20,167 nt of DNA from Armatimonadota bacterium (lineage in GTDB: Bacteria > Vulcanimicrobiota > JACPDS01 > JBDRKI01): NCBI GenBank assembly GCA_043814095.1, contig JBDRKI010000109.1, positions 1-20,167 of the forward strand, read 5' to 3'. The notes under the pieces are model-generated. The model was not told where the DNA came from. It worked only from the letters and a program-made list of their open reading frames with translations, and ran no database searches. Below, piece after piece: positions 8,964 through 16,925 of this stretch (position 1 is its first letter; every line of letters starts with the position of its first letter). Position numbers and translations under genes: made by a program.

Positions 8964-9854
8964 ATGGATATTTCAATACAAATATGCTCGTATAACAGGA
9001 AGAATGTTCTTGAGAAATGTTTAAGAGCTCTGTGCAACTTAAATTATGACAGGGACAAGTTTGAACTTGTGCTTGTTGATGACGGATCGGTTGACGGGAC
9101 AGGGGAGCTTGTGAAAAATCTTAATATGCCTATAAAGCATAAATATATTTATCAGGAAAACCAGGGTCTGGCTACTGCCAGGAATAAGGGCATACGCGCC
9201 GCGGAAGGAAAATACATATTATTTATTGATGATGATATAATAGCGGATAAAGAACTTCTTAATGAGCATATAAAGTTCCATGAAAAATATATGAGAAGCG
9301 TGGTTAAAGGCTGGGTTAACCATGTAGATGACCTGGATAATATAACAAAGCCCAAATTTACCTGGGCGGATTTTTCAACCGCTTTTTTCTGGACTTCAAA
9401 TGTGTCGGTTGAACGCAAGTTTTTGCTCCAGTCCGGGCTTTTTGACGAGGAGTTCCGCGAATACGGCTGGGAGGATTTAGAGCTGGGCTTGAGGCTCCGC
9501 AAGCTGGGTTTAAGTTCAAGATTTAACAAAGATGCGGTAGTTTACCATTATAAAGGTATGTGGAATAAAGAGCGCCTTGAGAGAAGCATTAAGGTATCAC
9601 AGGCAAAAGGAAGAACAGCCGTTTTATTCTGCAAAAAACATCCGGGGGCCAGGGTGAAAATTGCTACCGGAAATTATTTTTTAAGAAAATTTTTAAATAC
9701 GGTATTATACTGTGCCGGCTCGGGCGAGAAGCTCTGTAATGGCCTTCTTGAGAAGAGAAATTCCGGAAAATATACATCGTTTGATATATTCCTTGCTAAA
9801 AGATTAATTGATTTTGAATATTTCAGGGCTATGTCAGGGGAAGAAAAAAAGTAG
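8964..9854 (+). CDS. Glycosyltransferase family 2 (paralog of 8046-8939)
   Basis: Motifs ISIQICSYNR, VDDGSVD, ARNKGI, LFIDDD, FFWTSNVSV and GLFDEEFREYGWEDLELG. Confidence 0.93.
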   Translation: MDISIQICSYNRKNVLEKCLRALCNLNYDRDKFELVLVDDGSVDGTGELVKNLNMPIKHKYIYQENQGLATARNKGIRAAEGKYILFIDDDIIADKELLNEHIKFHEKYMRSVVKGWVNHVDDLDNITKPKFTWADFSTAFFWTSNVSVERKFLLQSGLFDEEFREYGWEDLELGLRLRKLGLSSRFNKDAVVYHYKGMWNKERLERSIKVSQAKGRTAVLFCKKHPGARVKIATGNYFLRKFLNTVLYCAGSGEKLCNGLLEKRNSGKYTSFDIFLAKRLIDFEYFRAMSGEEKK

Positions 9855-9875
9855 AAAACAGAGAGTAAAGATATA

Positions 9876-10895
9876 ATGGAAAAGAAAGAACATAATTTTA
9901 AAAATATAGTCATAATTAACACAGGGGCTTTAGGAGATAATCTTTTATCAACTCCTTTAATTGAAGCGCTTTACACGCAGAACCCCGGTTGTTTTCTAAG
10001 CCTTGTAACATCAAGGCCCGGTTATGATGCATTAAAAACCAATCCCTGTATAAAAGACTTCTTTATAATTGACTATGATAAATCTTCATTTGCCGACAAA
10101 ATAAAGTTGGGTGCGGACCTAAAAGCTTTAAATCCGGAACTGGCCGTGAATTTAACCGAGAAAATATGGGGATATATATGGGCATTTTTATCAGGGGCTC
10201 CCGTAAGGGCCGGATTTATCCCCGGGATGAGCCAGCCCGTGAAATCTATGCTTGTATCCCCCTTGATTAACCGTAAGGTATACTTCCATAATGATTTGAA
10301 TGAAAAAAGTACGATGCACGAAGTGGAAAGGCATTTCCTAATTTTAAAAGCGCTGGGCATTGAAAAAGAGCCGGGAAAGTTAAAGATAAGCATTCTGGGA
10401 AACTTTAAACATGATTTTAAGGGCGCCTCTGTAGTGCATTTAACACGGAAATGGTTCAGCTCCGGCTGGGACGAGGAAGATTTTATTGACCTTATTAAAC
10501 ATGTTTCGCAGGTTCTTTCAAATACCCCTGTTATAGTATCATACGGGACCCTTGAAAAAGACTGGGCAGGTGATATTATAAAAAGGGTTGAATACATTAA
10601 CGGGGTAAAAGCTTACTATATAGGGGATATTATAGAGTTTGCCGGAATTCTAAAGGACGCAGGCGTAGTTATATCGCCTGATACGGGGATAATACACCTT
10701 GCGAGTGCTTCAGGCGCGCCTGTTGTGGATATTTTTGAGGAAAAATATTTTGAACACAATTCGAACCGCTGGTATCCCTGGAAAACAAAATATATTTTAA
10801 TTAAAAGAGAAGAAAAAAAAGAAGATAAAAATAAAGAAGAGTTTTTTGAAGATATTGTTGATTCAATGAGGGAGTTACAATGTTTATTAGTGTAG
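9876..10895 (+). CDS. Glycosyltransferase family 9 (ADP-heptose:LPS heptosyltransferase-like)
   Basis: Motifs GALGDNLLSTPLI, HEVER, ISPDTGIIHLASASGAPVV and RWYPW. Confidence 0.9.
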   Translation: MEKKEHNFKNIVIINTGALGDNLLSTPLIEALYTQNPGCFLSLVTSRPGYDALKTNPCIKDFFIIDYDKSSFADKIKLGADLKALNPELAVNLTEKIWGYIWAFLSGAPVRAGFIPGMSQPVKSMLVSPLINRKVYFHNDLNEKSTMHEVERHFLILKALGIEKEPGKLKISILGNFKHDFKGASVVHLTRKWFSSGWDEEDFIDLIKHVSQVLSNTPVIVSYGTLEKDWAGDIIKRVEYINGVKAYYIGDIIEFAGILKDAGVVISPDTGIIHLASASGAPVVDIFEEKYFEHNSNRWYPWKTKYILIKREEKKEDKNKEEFFEDIVDSMRELQCLLV

Positions 10896-12835
10896 TAGTG
10901 CCGACATATAACAGGGCGGATACATTAAAATATGTTCTGCCGTCGCTGGCCGGCCAGAGTTATCCGAACGATAAATATGAAATTATTTTATGCGACAGCG
11001 GTTCAACCGACGAAACCAAACAGCTGCTCAAAGAGCTGTCTATACCGAACTTAAGACATATTACTGTAGAGAACAGGGGTAGGGCATATGCAAGAAACGC
11101 CGGCATAAGTCATGCCCAAGGCGATATTATTTTATTCACTGATGCCGATATTATAGCGGACAAGAACCTTATTTATGAACACGCAAGGATGCATCAAAAG
11201 CACCCCGACCTGGCTGTCGTGGGGTGCGAGGTACAGGTAAACTCAATTGATGAAATTACCGGCATCATAAACGGGGTTAAGGAATTAAAGCCCATACATC
11301 CTTCACGAAAACGCCATCTTCCGTGGTATTTCTTTCTTACTGGCAACGCTTCGGTATCAAAAGAAAGCCTTCTTGTTGTAGGGCCTTTTGATGAAGATTT
11401 TAAAGGCTACGGCCATGAAGATCTGGAGCTCGGGTACCGTCTGTCCCGCATGAAGTATCATATAGTATATAATCCCAAAGCGGTAAATTATCATCTACAC
11501 CCGGTTTCTTTTGAAGAAAAGTGCGGAAAGATGTACCAGTCGGGGAAAGCAACGGTTAAATTCTATAATAAGCACCATGATTTTGATATTAAGCTGAAAC
11601 TGGGATATACGCCTGTTTCCACTATTATTCATTCTTTGATATCGCCTAAAGGCAAATTTTTTCAATACTGCAGGAAGAATAACGAGAAAAGCAGTCTGTG
11701 CAGGGAAATAATATTACAGCATTACTACATTACAGGCATAAAAGACGCTTTAAAAGGCCGGACAAAAGATATTGATACCATACAGGATAAAGGCGAGATA
11801 GAGAAAGAGAAAGTCAACAAGATACTTGTTATAAGGATAGATCATCTGGGTGATGTAATATGCTCGCTCCCGTTTATAAAATCTCTTCAGGATAACTTTT
11901 TCAACGCGCAGGTGGATGTGATTGTTTCATCAGGCACCCAGCAGGCTTTGTATAAAGCTTCTTTTATACATGAACTTATGGTATATAATCCCGGTTATTC
12001 CAAAAAAGAAGTGGCCGGTTTAGTAAACTTCCTTAAAAACAGAAAATACGATATAGCAATAGCCCTGTCGCCTACTTCGGCATCATATTACCTGGCATAT
12101 AAATCAAAAGCAAAAAGAAGGTTCGGCTGGGTATATATAAACAGGCCGGTAACTGCTTTCGCTACAAAATTCGCGCTTACCGATCCCCTTTATATGAATT
12201 ATGAAAAGCTTTTGAAAAAAGGTGAAAAAATACCCCATGAAGTTGAACAGACTCTGGATTTGGCGGAGAAGATGGGCGTAAAAATAAGTGATGACAAATT
12301 ATTTATTGATATATCGGAAGATGAAAGACTGCATAATATAAAACAGCTGGAGCTGCTTAAATACAGTAAATGCATAGGGCTTCACCTGTCACATAAATGG
12401 TTCAGCACCGATTTCTTAGACAGAGATTTTACAACCTTTGTGGAAAAACTGCTTGATCATTTCAGGGATTATACTTTAATAATAACCGCGGGCCCCGAAG
12501 AAGTTGATTATGTAGATATATTTAAAGACAGGATAAAAAGCGGCAGGATTCTGTTTTTAAAAGAACTTCCCTTTAAGGTCTGGGCTTCTGTTTTAAGCTA
12601 CTGCAGGTTTGTAATAACGATGGATACCGGCGCAACCCATGTGGCAGCCGCGGCCGGAGTGTCTGTAGCGTGTGTGTTTGAAGATGGGAAATACGATAAA
12701 TGCTCCCAGCAGTGGTATCCCTGGGGAGTTAAAAGCTTATTATATAAAAAAAGAGATATAAAGCAGTTAAAAGAAGAAGATTTTAAGAAAATGGAATATC
12801 TTACCAAAGACGAAGAAGTAGAAGCAAGAAGATAA
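10880..12835 (+). CDS. Bifunctional GT2-GT9 fusion glycosyltransferase
   Basis: The N-terminal half is GT2 (ISVVVPTYNR, CDSGSTD, LFTDAD, FFLTGNASV, YGHEDLELG). The C-terminal half is GT9 (ILVIRIDHLGDV, PHEVEQ, TMDTGATHVAAAAG, QWYPW). GAGGGAG RBS upstream. Confidence 0.92.
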   Translation: MFISVVVPTYNRADTLKYVLPSLAGQSYPNDKYEIILCDSGSTDETKQLLKELSIPNLRHITVENRGRAYARNAGISHAQGDIILFTDADIIADKNLIYEHARMHQKHPDLAVVGCEVQVNSIDEITGIINGVKELKPIHPSRKRHLPWYFFLTGNASVSKESLLVVGPFDEDFKGYGHEDLELGYRLSRMKYHIVYNPKAVNYHLHPVSFEEKCGKMYQSGKATVKFYNKHHDFDIKLKLGYTPVSTIIHSLISPKGKFFQYCRKNNEKSSLCREIILQHYYITGIKDALKGRTKDIDTIQDKGEIEKEKVNKILVIRIDHLGDVICSLPFIKSLQDNFFNAQVDVIVSSGTQQALYKASFIHELMVYNPGYSKKEVAGLVNFLKNRKYDIAIALSPTSASYYLAYKSKAKRRFGWVYINRPVTAFATKFALTDPLYMNYEKLLKKGEKIPHEVEQTLDLAEKMGVKISDDKLFIDISEDERLHNIKQLELLKYSKCIGLHLSHKWFSTDFLDRDFTTFVEKLLDHFRDYTLIITAGPEEVDYVDIFKDRIKSGRILFLKELPFKVWASVLSYCRFVITMDTGATHVAAAAGVSVACVFEDGKYDKCSQQWYPWGVKSLLYKKRDIKQLKEEDFKKMEYLTKDEEVEARR

Positions 12836-12837
12836 GA

Positions 12838-12864
12838 AAAGCCGCCTGGGTCTCAGGCGGCTTT
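12838..12864. terminator. Bidirectional rho-independent terminator between the convergent blocks
   Basis: AAAGCCGCCTG-GGTCT-CAGGCGGCTTT forms a perfect 11-bp stem with A-rich and T-rich flanks, immediately after the stop at 12835. Confidence 0.88.
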
Positions 12865-12907
12865 ATTTCTATAATATATCATACACCGCTTTTAAAATAA
12901 TAAAGAC

Positions 12908-13996
12908 TTAGATTCCTTCCATCTGCGGGCCTTCTGTTGCGGCAAAAGTGGATGCCTGCGGCTGGAGCCTGCCGTATCCCGCGATTTTACTGGAGTGTAT
13001 TTCATTTGTGTTCTGCAGGGTAACTCCTCCGTGTGAGGGTGATGCGGCAAGCATTGTGTTTTTATCAACATAAATCGCTACATGCGTAACCCTTTTATAA
13101 GCTATGCCTGACTGATAAGAAGTATTTTTAAAGAATATTAAGTCGCCCGGTTTGGGATCTTTAACCAGGGTCATATTATTTTTGCCTTGTTCGGCGTGCA
13201 TATACTGTATGTCCGCTAATCTTGTGGAAGGGTCAGCTTTAAAGGAATTGCTGATGGCTTCCGAGCCTATGAGGGCTCTTCTTGTAAGCATTGCGCAGTC
13301 AGTCGTGTATTCTCCGTCTCCGCCGAGGTGGTAGGGTTTGCCCAGATCGCATAACGCGGTATAGAGTATTTTTCCGGATACCGTTTTCTCCGGATGGTAC
13401 TGGTCGCTTTTTACAGGGTCAAATTTCCAGAAAGTGCCGTCTTTTACTCCCGTTATAAGTTTGGAAGTCTGCAGATCAATCTGGTTTCCGCTGGGTTCAA
13501 TACCGTATATTGACTGGAATAAAGCAACCGCCTTGGCTGTTCTTTGGTTATATACGCCGTTCACCTGTATAAATCTTCTCATTTTAGGATGCCATTTAAT
13601 AAGCATCTTCTGGAGATCTTTTACCTCTTTGCCGGTTGATCCCAGCTTTAAATTATGAAATTGATTTGCTTTTTCCGAGTCAACTTTCTCTATTTTCTGC
13701 GTGCTTTCGGTGCTTTTTGATTCATCAAGAGGCTGTATTTTTATAACTTGAGGCTTAAAGTCTCCGGTTTGTTCATAAATCTTCTGCGCCTGCATGGCTA
13801 TATACTGGTCAAGTTTTTCAGTCTCGGTAAGCGGGGTAGGCATGTTCTGGGGGGTTGTTTTTTCAATATATTGCTGAAGCTGGTCCGAAAATGCAAGCAT
13901 ATCCGGTTTGGGCTCTGCCTGTTTTCTGAAAAACGGCTGGGCTTCATCCGGTATTTTATTCTGTTTTATTGGTGAAAAATCCATCGGATTTGTCAT
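12908..13996 (-). CDS. NlpC/P60 (C40) peptidoglycan endopeptidase with a PG-binding-like domain
   Basis: PG-binding-like segment LKLGSTGKEVKDLQKML...NGVYNQRTAKAVALFQSIYGI. C40 motifs LGKPYHLGG, TDCAMLT, PKPGDLIFF and THVAIY. No hydrophobic signal peptide. Confidence 0.88.
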   Translation of the reverse strand: MTNPMDFSPIKQNKIPDEAQPFFRKQAEPKPDMLAFSDQLQQYIEKTTPQNMPTPLTETEKLDQYIAMQAQKIYEQTGDFKPQVIKIQPLDESKSTESTQKIEKVDSEKANQFHNLKLGSTGKEVKDLQKMLIKWHPKMRRFIQVNGVYNQRTAKAVALFQSIYGIEPSGNQIDLQTSKLITGVKDGTFWKFDPVKSDQYHPEKTVSGKILYTALCDLGKPYHLGGDGEYTTDCAMLTRRALIGSEAISNSFKADPSTRLADIQYMHAEQGKNNMTLVKDPKPGDLIFFKNTSYQSGIAYKRVTHVAIYVDKNTMLAASPSHGGVTLQNTNEIHSSKIAGYGRLQPQASTFAATEGPQMEGI

Positions 13997-14115
13997 ATCA
14001 ATTCACCGCTTTCTGTTACGTAATGCGGATGGTGTTAGTTCCATCCAATTTAATTATAGGGTATTTATGCCTCTTTTAATATCCTCCATATGGAGTATTT
14101 TAAAAGCCCTTATTT

Positions 14116-15306
14116 TTAAGGATTTCTTCCTAAATATAGGTGCATATGGTCTCCGGTTTTGTTTTTACTGTCATAAATATATTCATTGTAGCATCCGAAC
14201 TGGCCGTAAAGCTTGTTCTCTTTTATGAAATTATTTATTAAATAAACAACTTTTTTGGACTCTTCACCTGATATATGTCCTTTTCTTGTATAAATCTGGC
14301 AGTCAATGGCATGTCCTATGCTGTGCTTTGAACCTTTATCATTGGACCTTAGACCGCTTGTCAGTATTACAGAGTATCCGTAAGTGTTAAGATAAGCCGC
14401 AAGGGAAGTAAAAATACCTGTAAGCTTTGTGCTTACCCCTATTAAAAGGTAAGTATTTCTTACAAAAGAACCCAGCCTGGAAGCCATCTGTCTTCTTCTT
14501 CTTTTATTTTTTATAAGGGCGTAAGTTTTTGATATGCCGTTTTTACACAGTAGAGCATAAGTTTCTTTCTTAAGAGAAGTGTTAAGCGGATATTTTTTTA
14601 AACTTGCTGTTCCGTTTAAAATGTCATTGAAAACAGCAAGATCTTTATTCGTTATTTCATTACCCTTGGAAGGAAGGCCGAATCTGTACTTAAAAAGCTG
14701 TAAAGCTGTGTATGTTTTTTGATCAAATATATCGCTTTTTTCATCTAATTTTTCATCACACGGCAGCCATTTATTAATGCTATTTTTTATAAATTTTGTA
14801 TATTTTGAAGAGTATCCGATATTATAAGTTTTACATATGGGAAATTTTTCTTTACCTTTTTTGGTATTTACTAAAAAAGTAATTCCTTCTTTAATAGTAT
14901 GGCCGTCTTTCAAATAGTCATATAAAAATTTACCTTCCGTATAATTTTCATATTTTTCAAGATCAGCTATTTTTGCGGGATTTGTAAAAAGTTCTTTAAC
15001 TTCAGGTGTTATTTCACCGGTAAAAGCAATATCATGACATCTTGCAAATATTTTTATCGTATTGAACATATTTGCGTCATAGATACCCGTTTTAAATATT
15101 TGTTCCGCAGGATTTTCTTTATAATAAGGCAGATTATCTGTCATCCATTTGGATAAAAACTTCTGAATAGCTGTTATCTGCTCTTTTGACAGGTTTTCTT
15201 TTATACTGCCGCACGGCAGTGTAACTATAGTTGCCCCGGTTTTAACAGAACTTATAACCCGGTTAGTTATTAAATTGTATGTTTCTCCTGATTGATTAAT
15301 AAACAT
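14116..15306 (-). CDS. M15-type Zn metallopeptidase (cell-wall peptidase) with two divergent PG-binding-like modules
   Basis: C-terminal ILTSGLRS, SKHSIGHAID (SxHxxGxAxD) and DHMH (HxH). The start is placed at ATG 15306: AGGAG lies 5 nt upstream, and the N-terminus MFIN matches the paralog's MYIN. Confidence 0.85.
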   Translation of the reverse strand: MFINQSGETYNLITNRVISSVKTGATIVTLPCGSIKENLSKEQITAIQKFLSKWMTDNLPYYKENPAEQIFKTGIYDANMFNTIKIFARCHDIAFTGEITPEVKELFTNPAKIADLEKYENYTEGKFLYDYLKDGHTIKEGITFLVNTKKGKEKFPICKTYNIGYSSKYTKFIKNSINKWLPCDEKLDEKSDIFDQKTYTALQLFKYRFGLPSKGNEITNKDLAVFNDILNGTASLKKYPLNTSLKKETYALLCKNGISKTYALIKNKRRRRQMASRLGSFVRNTYLLIGVSTKLTGIFTSLAAYLNTYGYSVILTSGLRSNDKGSKHSIGHAIDCQIYTRKGHISGEESKKVVYLINNFIKENKLYGQFGCYNEYIYDSKNKTGDHMHLYLGRNP

Positions 15307-15335
15307 ATACACTCCTGTATTCTCCCTCTATATAT

Positions 15336-15405
15336 ATTATAGTGTATGTTTATCCGATAAATATTAACAAAAAGTTAACAAAATGTTAACATTTTGTTAA
15401 CTTTT
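15336..15405 (-). promoter_or_regulatory. Promoter with TATAAT -10 and four 11-bp-phased (G/A)TTAAC boxes (OmpR-family/WalR-like)
   Basis: ATTATA at 15336-15341 reads TATAAT on the - strand. Hexamers lie at 15363, 15374, 15385 and 15396. 15370-15405 is a perfect 36-bp palindrome. The array is nearly duplicated at 18341-18385. Confidence 0.75.
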
Positions 15406-15470
15406 AATGGCAAAAAATAGCTCAAAGCAAGGTTTTTATTAATAAGCCGGTATATTTAAAGCTTTTATTC

Positions 15471-16913
15471 TTAAAGTTCTTTTGATTCCAGCAATTGTAT
15501 ATCTCCATCCGGCATTATTTTATATCTTTCAATTGTTTCTTTTTCAACGGTTATTTTGGTCTCAAGCTGACCTATTTTAGTGCCGTCTGGCCGGAACCAG
15601 TCTGTTTTAAGATATTTTTTAACATATTTTGCGTACTCAGTGCCGTTTGTAAAAGGCACCCTGTGGAAAGATGTGAATGTCCAGTAATCGCCTTTTTCCT
15701 GGTTTCCGTGATTGTCTGTCTGACCGGCAAAACTCATCCCTTTGATTTCTTCCGCAAATTGATGTTTGCTTTCAGGTATATTGTCTTCTATAGCCATGAC
15801 ATCTTTATAGTAAGGAGAAGTTGTATTTATCTTAACTCCATGCAGCACTTTTATATTAGGATCTGTTAAGGGCTCTTTCTCTATTTTTATTTCTTTGCTC
15901 TTTATTTCCGTTTTTTCTACAGGAGCTTTCTCCTCGCTTTTTTCCGGTTTCGCAATATTATTTTTAATCCATTTTATTGTTAATTTTAAAGGTCCGTCTT
16001 TACTTAATTTTTCAAGCAAACCGAATATCATATTTTTGTCTTCTATTTTTGCTTTATTGCCTATAGCAACCAATATTTCCGCGATACCTTTTCTGGCATT
16101 ATCGTTTCCCTGTATTTTTTCATTCCCAAGCAGGTTTAAAAGGTTGCCGAAGACACTTGTTCCTAATCCAGTTATTGTATTTATTGTGTCTTTACGCACT
16201 TCATCTGATTTATTCATCAAGAAGAAAATTTTATTAGCTGATTTAGTAAGAACATATAATTGAGGTCTTTTTTGAGTATTTGTTAAAAGCGATACAAGTT
16301 CTGCATCTTCAGCTTTTTTGGCTTCTTCAGCCTTCTTAGCTTCTTCAGCTTTCTTGGCATCTTCAGCTTTCTTGGCTTCTTCAGCTTTCTTAGCTTCTTC
16401 AGCTTTCTTAGCTTCTTCAGCTTTCTTAGCTTCTTCAGCTTTTTTGGCATCTTCAGCTTTCTTGGCATCTTCAGCTTTCTTGGCATCTTCAGCCTTCTTA
16501 GCTTCTTCAGCTTTCTTAGCTTCTTTTAATTTAGCTTTAGCGTCATCTATTTTATCCAGCTTTATTTCCCTTAATATTTTTATTCCAACTCTCAGTTTAC
16601 TTATTTCATCCGCGTTCTTATTAATTACTGCCGTTCTTTCATCAAAGGAAATATTCTTATTGTTCTGAGCTGTTTTTATAAGGACATATCTGTCATATAT
16701 TTCTTTTTGAAGCCTTAAGAAAAGTTTTTCTCCCGCTACTTTATTATTGTATCTGTCCAGGAAATTTAAAAGCAGAGTTTTGATGGAGTCTTCCTTTATT
16801 ATGGTGTTTACCATCAAACTGTTTATAAGGGTGTCTGCCGCGCTTTTAACCCTTTTGTTCTTAAACTCTTCATAAATAAAATTGCCGTATCCTACTCCCG
16901 GTAATTCTTTCAT
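15471..16913 (-). CDS. Hypothetical protein with central AE(E/D)AKK repeats; helical N-terminal and middle regions
   Basis: 480-aa ORF with a strong GAGGAGG RBS, starting 12 nt after the stop of 16926-18278 (probable operon). No recognisable catalytic motif or signal peptide. Confidence 0.8.
   Translation of the reverse strand: MKELPGVGYGNFIYEEFKNKRVKSAADTLINSLMVNTIIKEDSIKTLLLNFLDRYNNKVAGEKLFLRLQKEIYDRYVLIKTAQNNKNISFDERTAVINKNADEISKLRVGIKILREIKLDKIDDAKAKLKEAKKAEEAKKAEDAKKAEDAKKAEDAKKAEEAKKAEEAKKAEEAKKAEEAKKAEDAKKAEEAKKAEEAKKAEDAELVSLLTNTQKRPQLYVLTKSANKIFFLMNKSDEVRKDTINTITGLGTSVFGNLLNLLGNEKIQGNDNARKGIAEILVAIGNKAKIEDKNMIFGLLEKLSKDGPLKLTIKWIKNNIAKPEKSEEKAPVEKTEIKSKEIKIEKEPLTDPNIKVLHGVKINTTSPYYKDVMAIEDNIPESKHQFAEEIKGMSFAGQTDNHGNQEKGDYWTFTSFHRVPFTNGTEYAKYVKKYLKTDWFRPDGTKIGQLETKITVEKETIERYKIMPDGDIQLLESKEL
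16302..16523 (-). repeat. 18-bp coding tandem repeat, about 12 units encoding AE(E/D)AKK
   Basis: The + strand unit is approximately TTCAGCTTTCTTAGCTTC. It encodes 11 complete AE[ED]AKK hexapeptides plus partial units at each end (74 aa). Confidence 0.95.
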
Positions 16914-16925
16914 AATTGCCTCCTC

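Noticed and set aside
2461-10895. Genome-wide TAG reassignment (alternative genetic code)
   Set aside because: Long ORFs have no internal TAG. The TAG at 5015-5017 follows a natural C-terminal Phe, and most downstream genes have their own RBS. Only local readthrough or splitting remains possible.
734-12807. Numerous short - strand ORFs opposite the polysaccharide genes
   Set aside because: They are antisense to well-supported CDSs and have no recognisable motifs.
14027-14046. GGATGG-N8-CCATCC hairpin in the NlpC leader as a riboswitch or ncRNA
   Set aside because: It has only a 6-bp stem and no recognisable aptamer features. At most it is a 5' stabilising hairpin.
15353-15360. TCCGATAA resembling a sigma-28 -10 element
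   Set aside because: It points along the + strand, antisense to local genes, and is not conserved in the paralogous promoter at 18331-18340.
16302-16523. Possible CRISPR array
   Set aside because: These are contiguous 18-bp tandem units with no unique spacers, in frame inside a CDS, and no cas genes are present.
16283-16668. ORFs 16318-16668 (+, ASSAFL repeats) and 16283-16486 (-, KKLRKL repeats)
   Set aside because: They are shadow frames of the 18-bp AE(E/D)AKK coding repeat and are open only because the repeat lacks stops.
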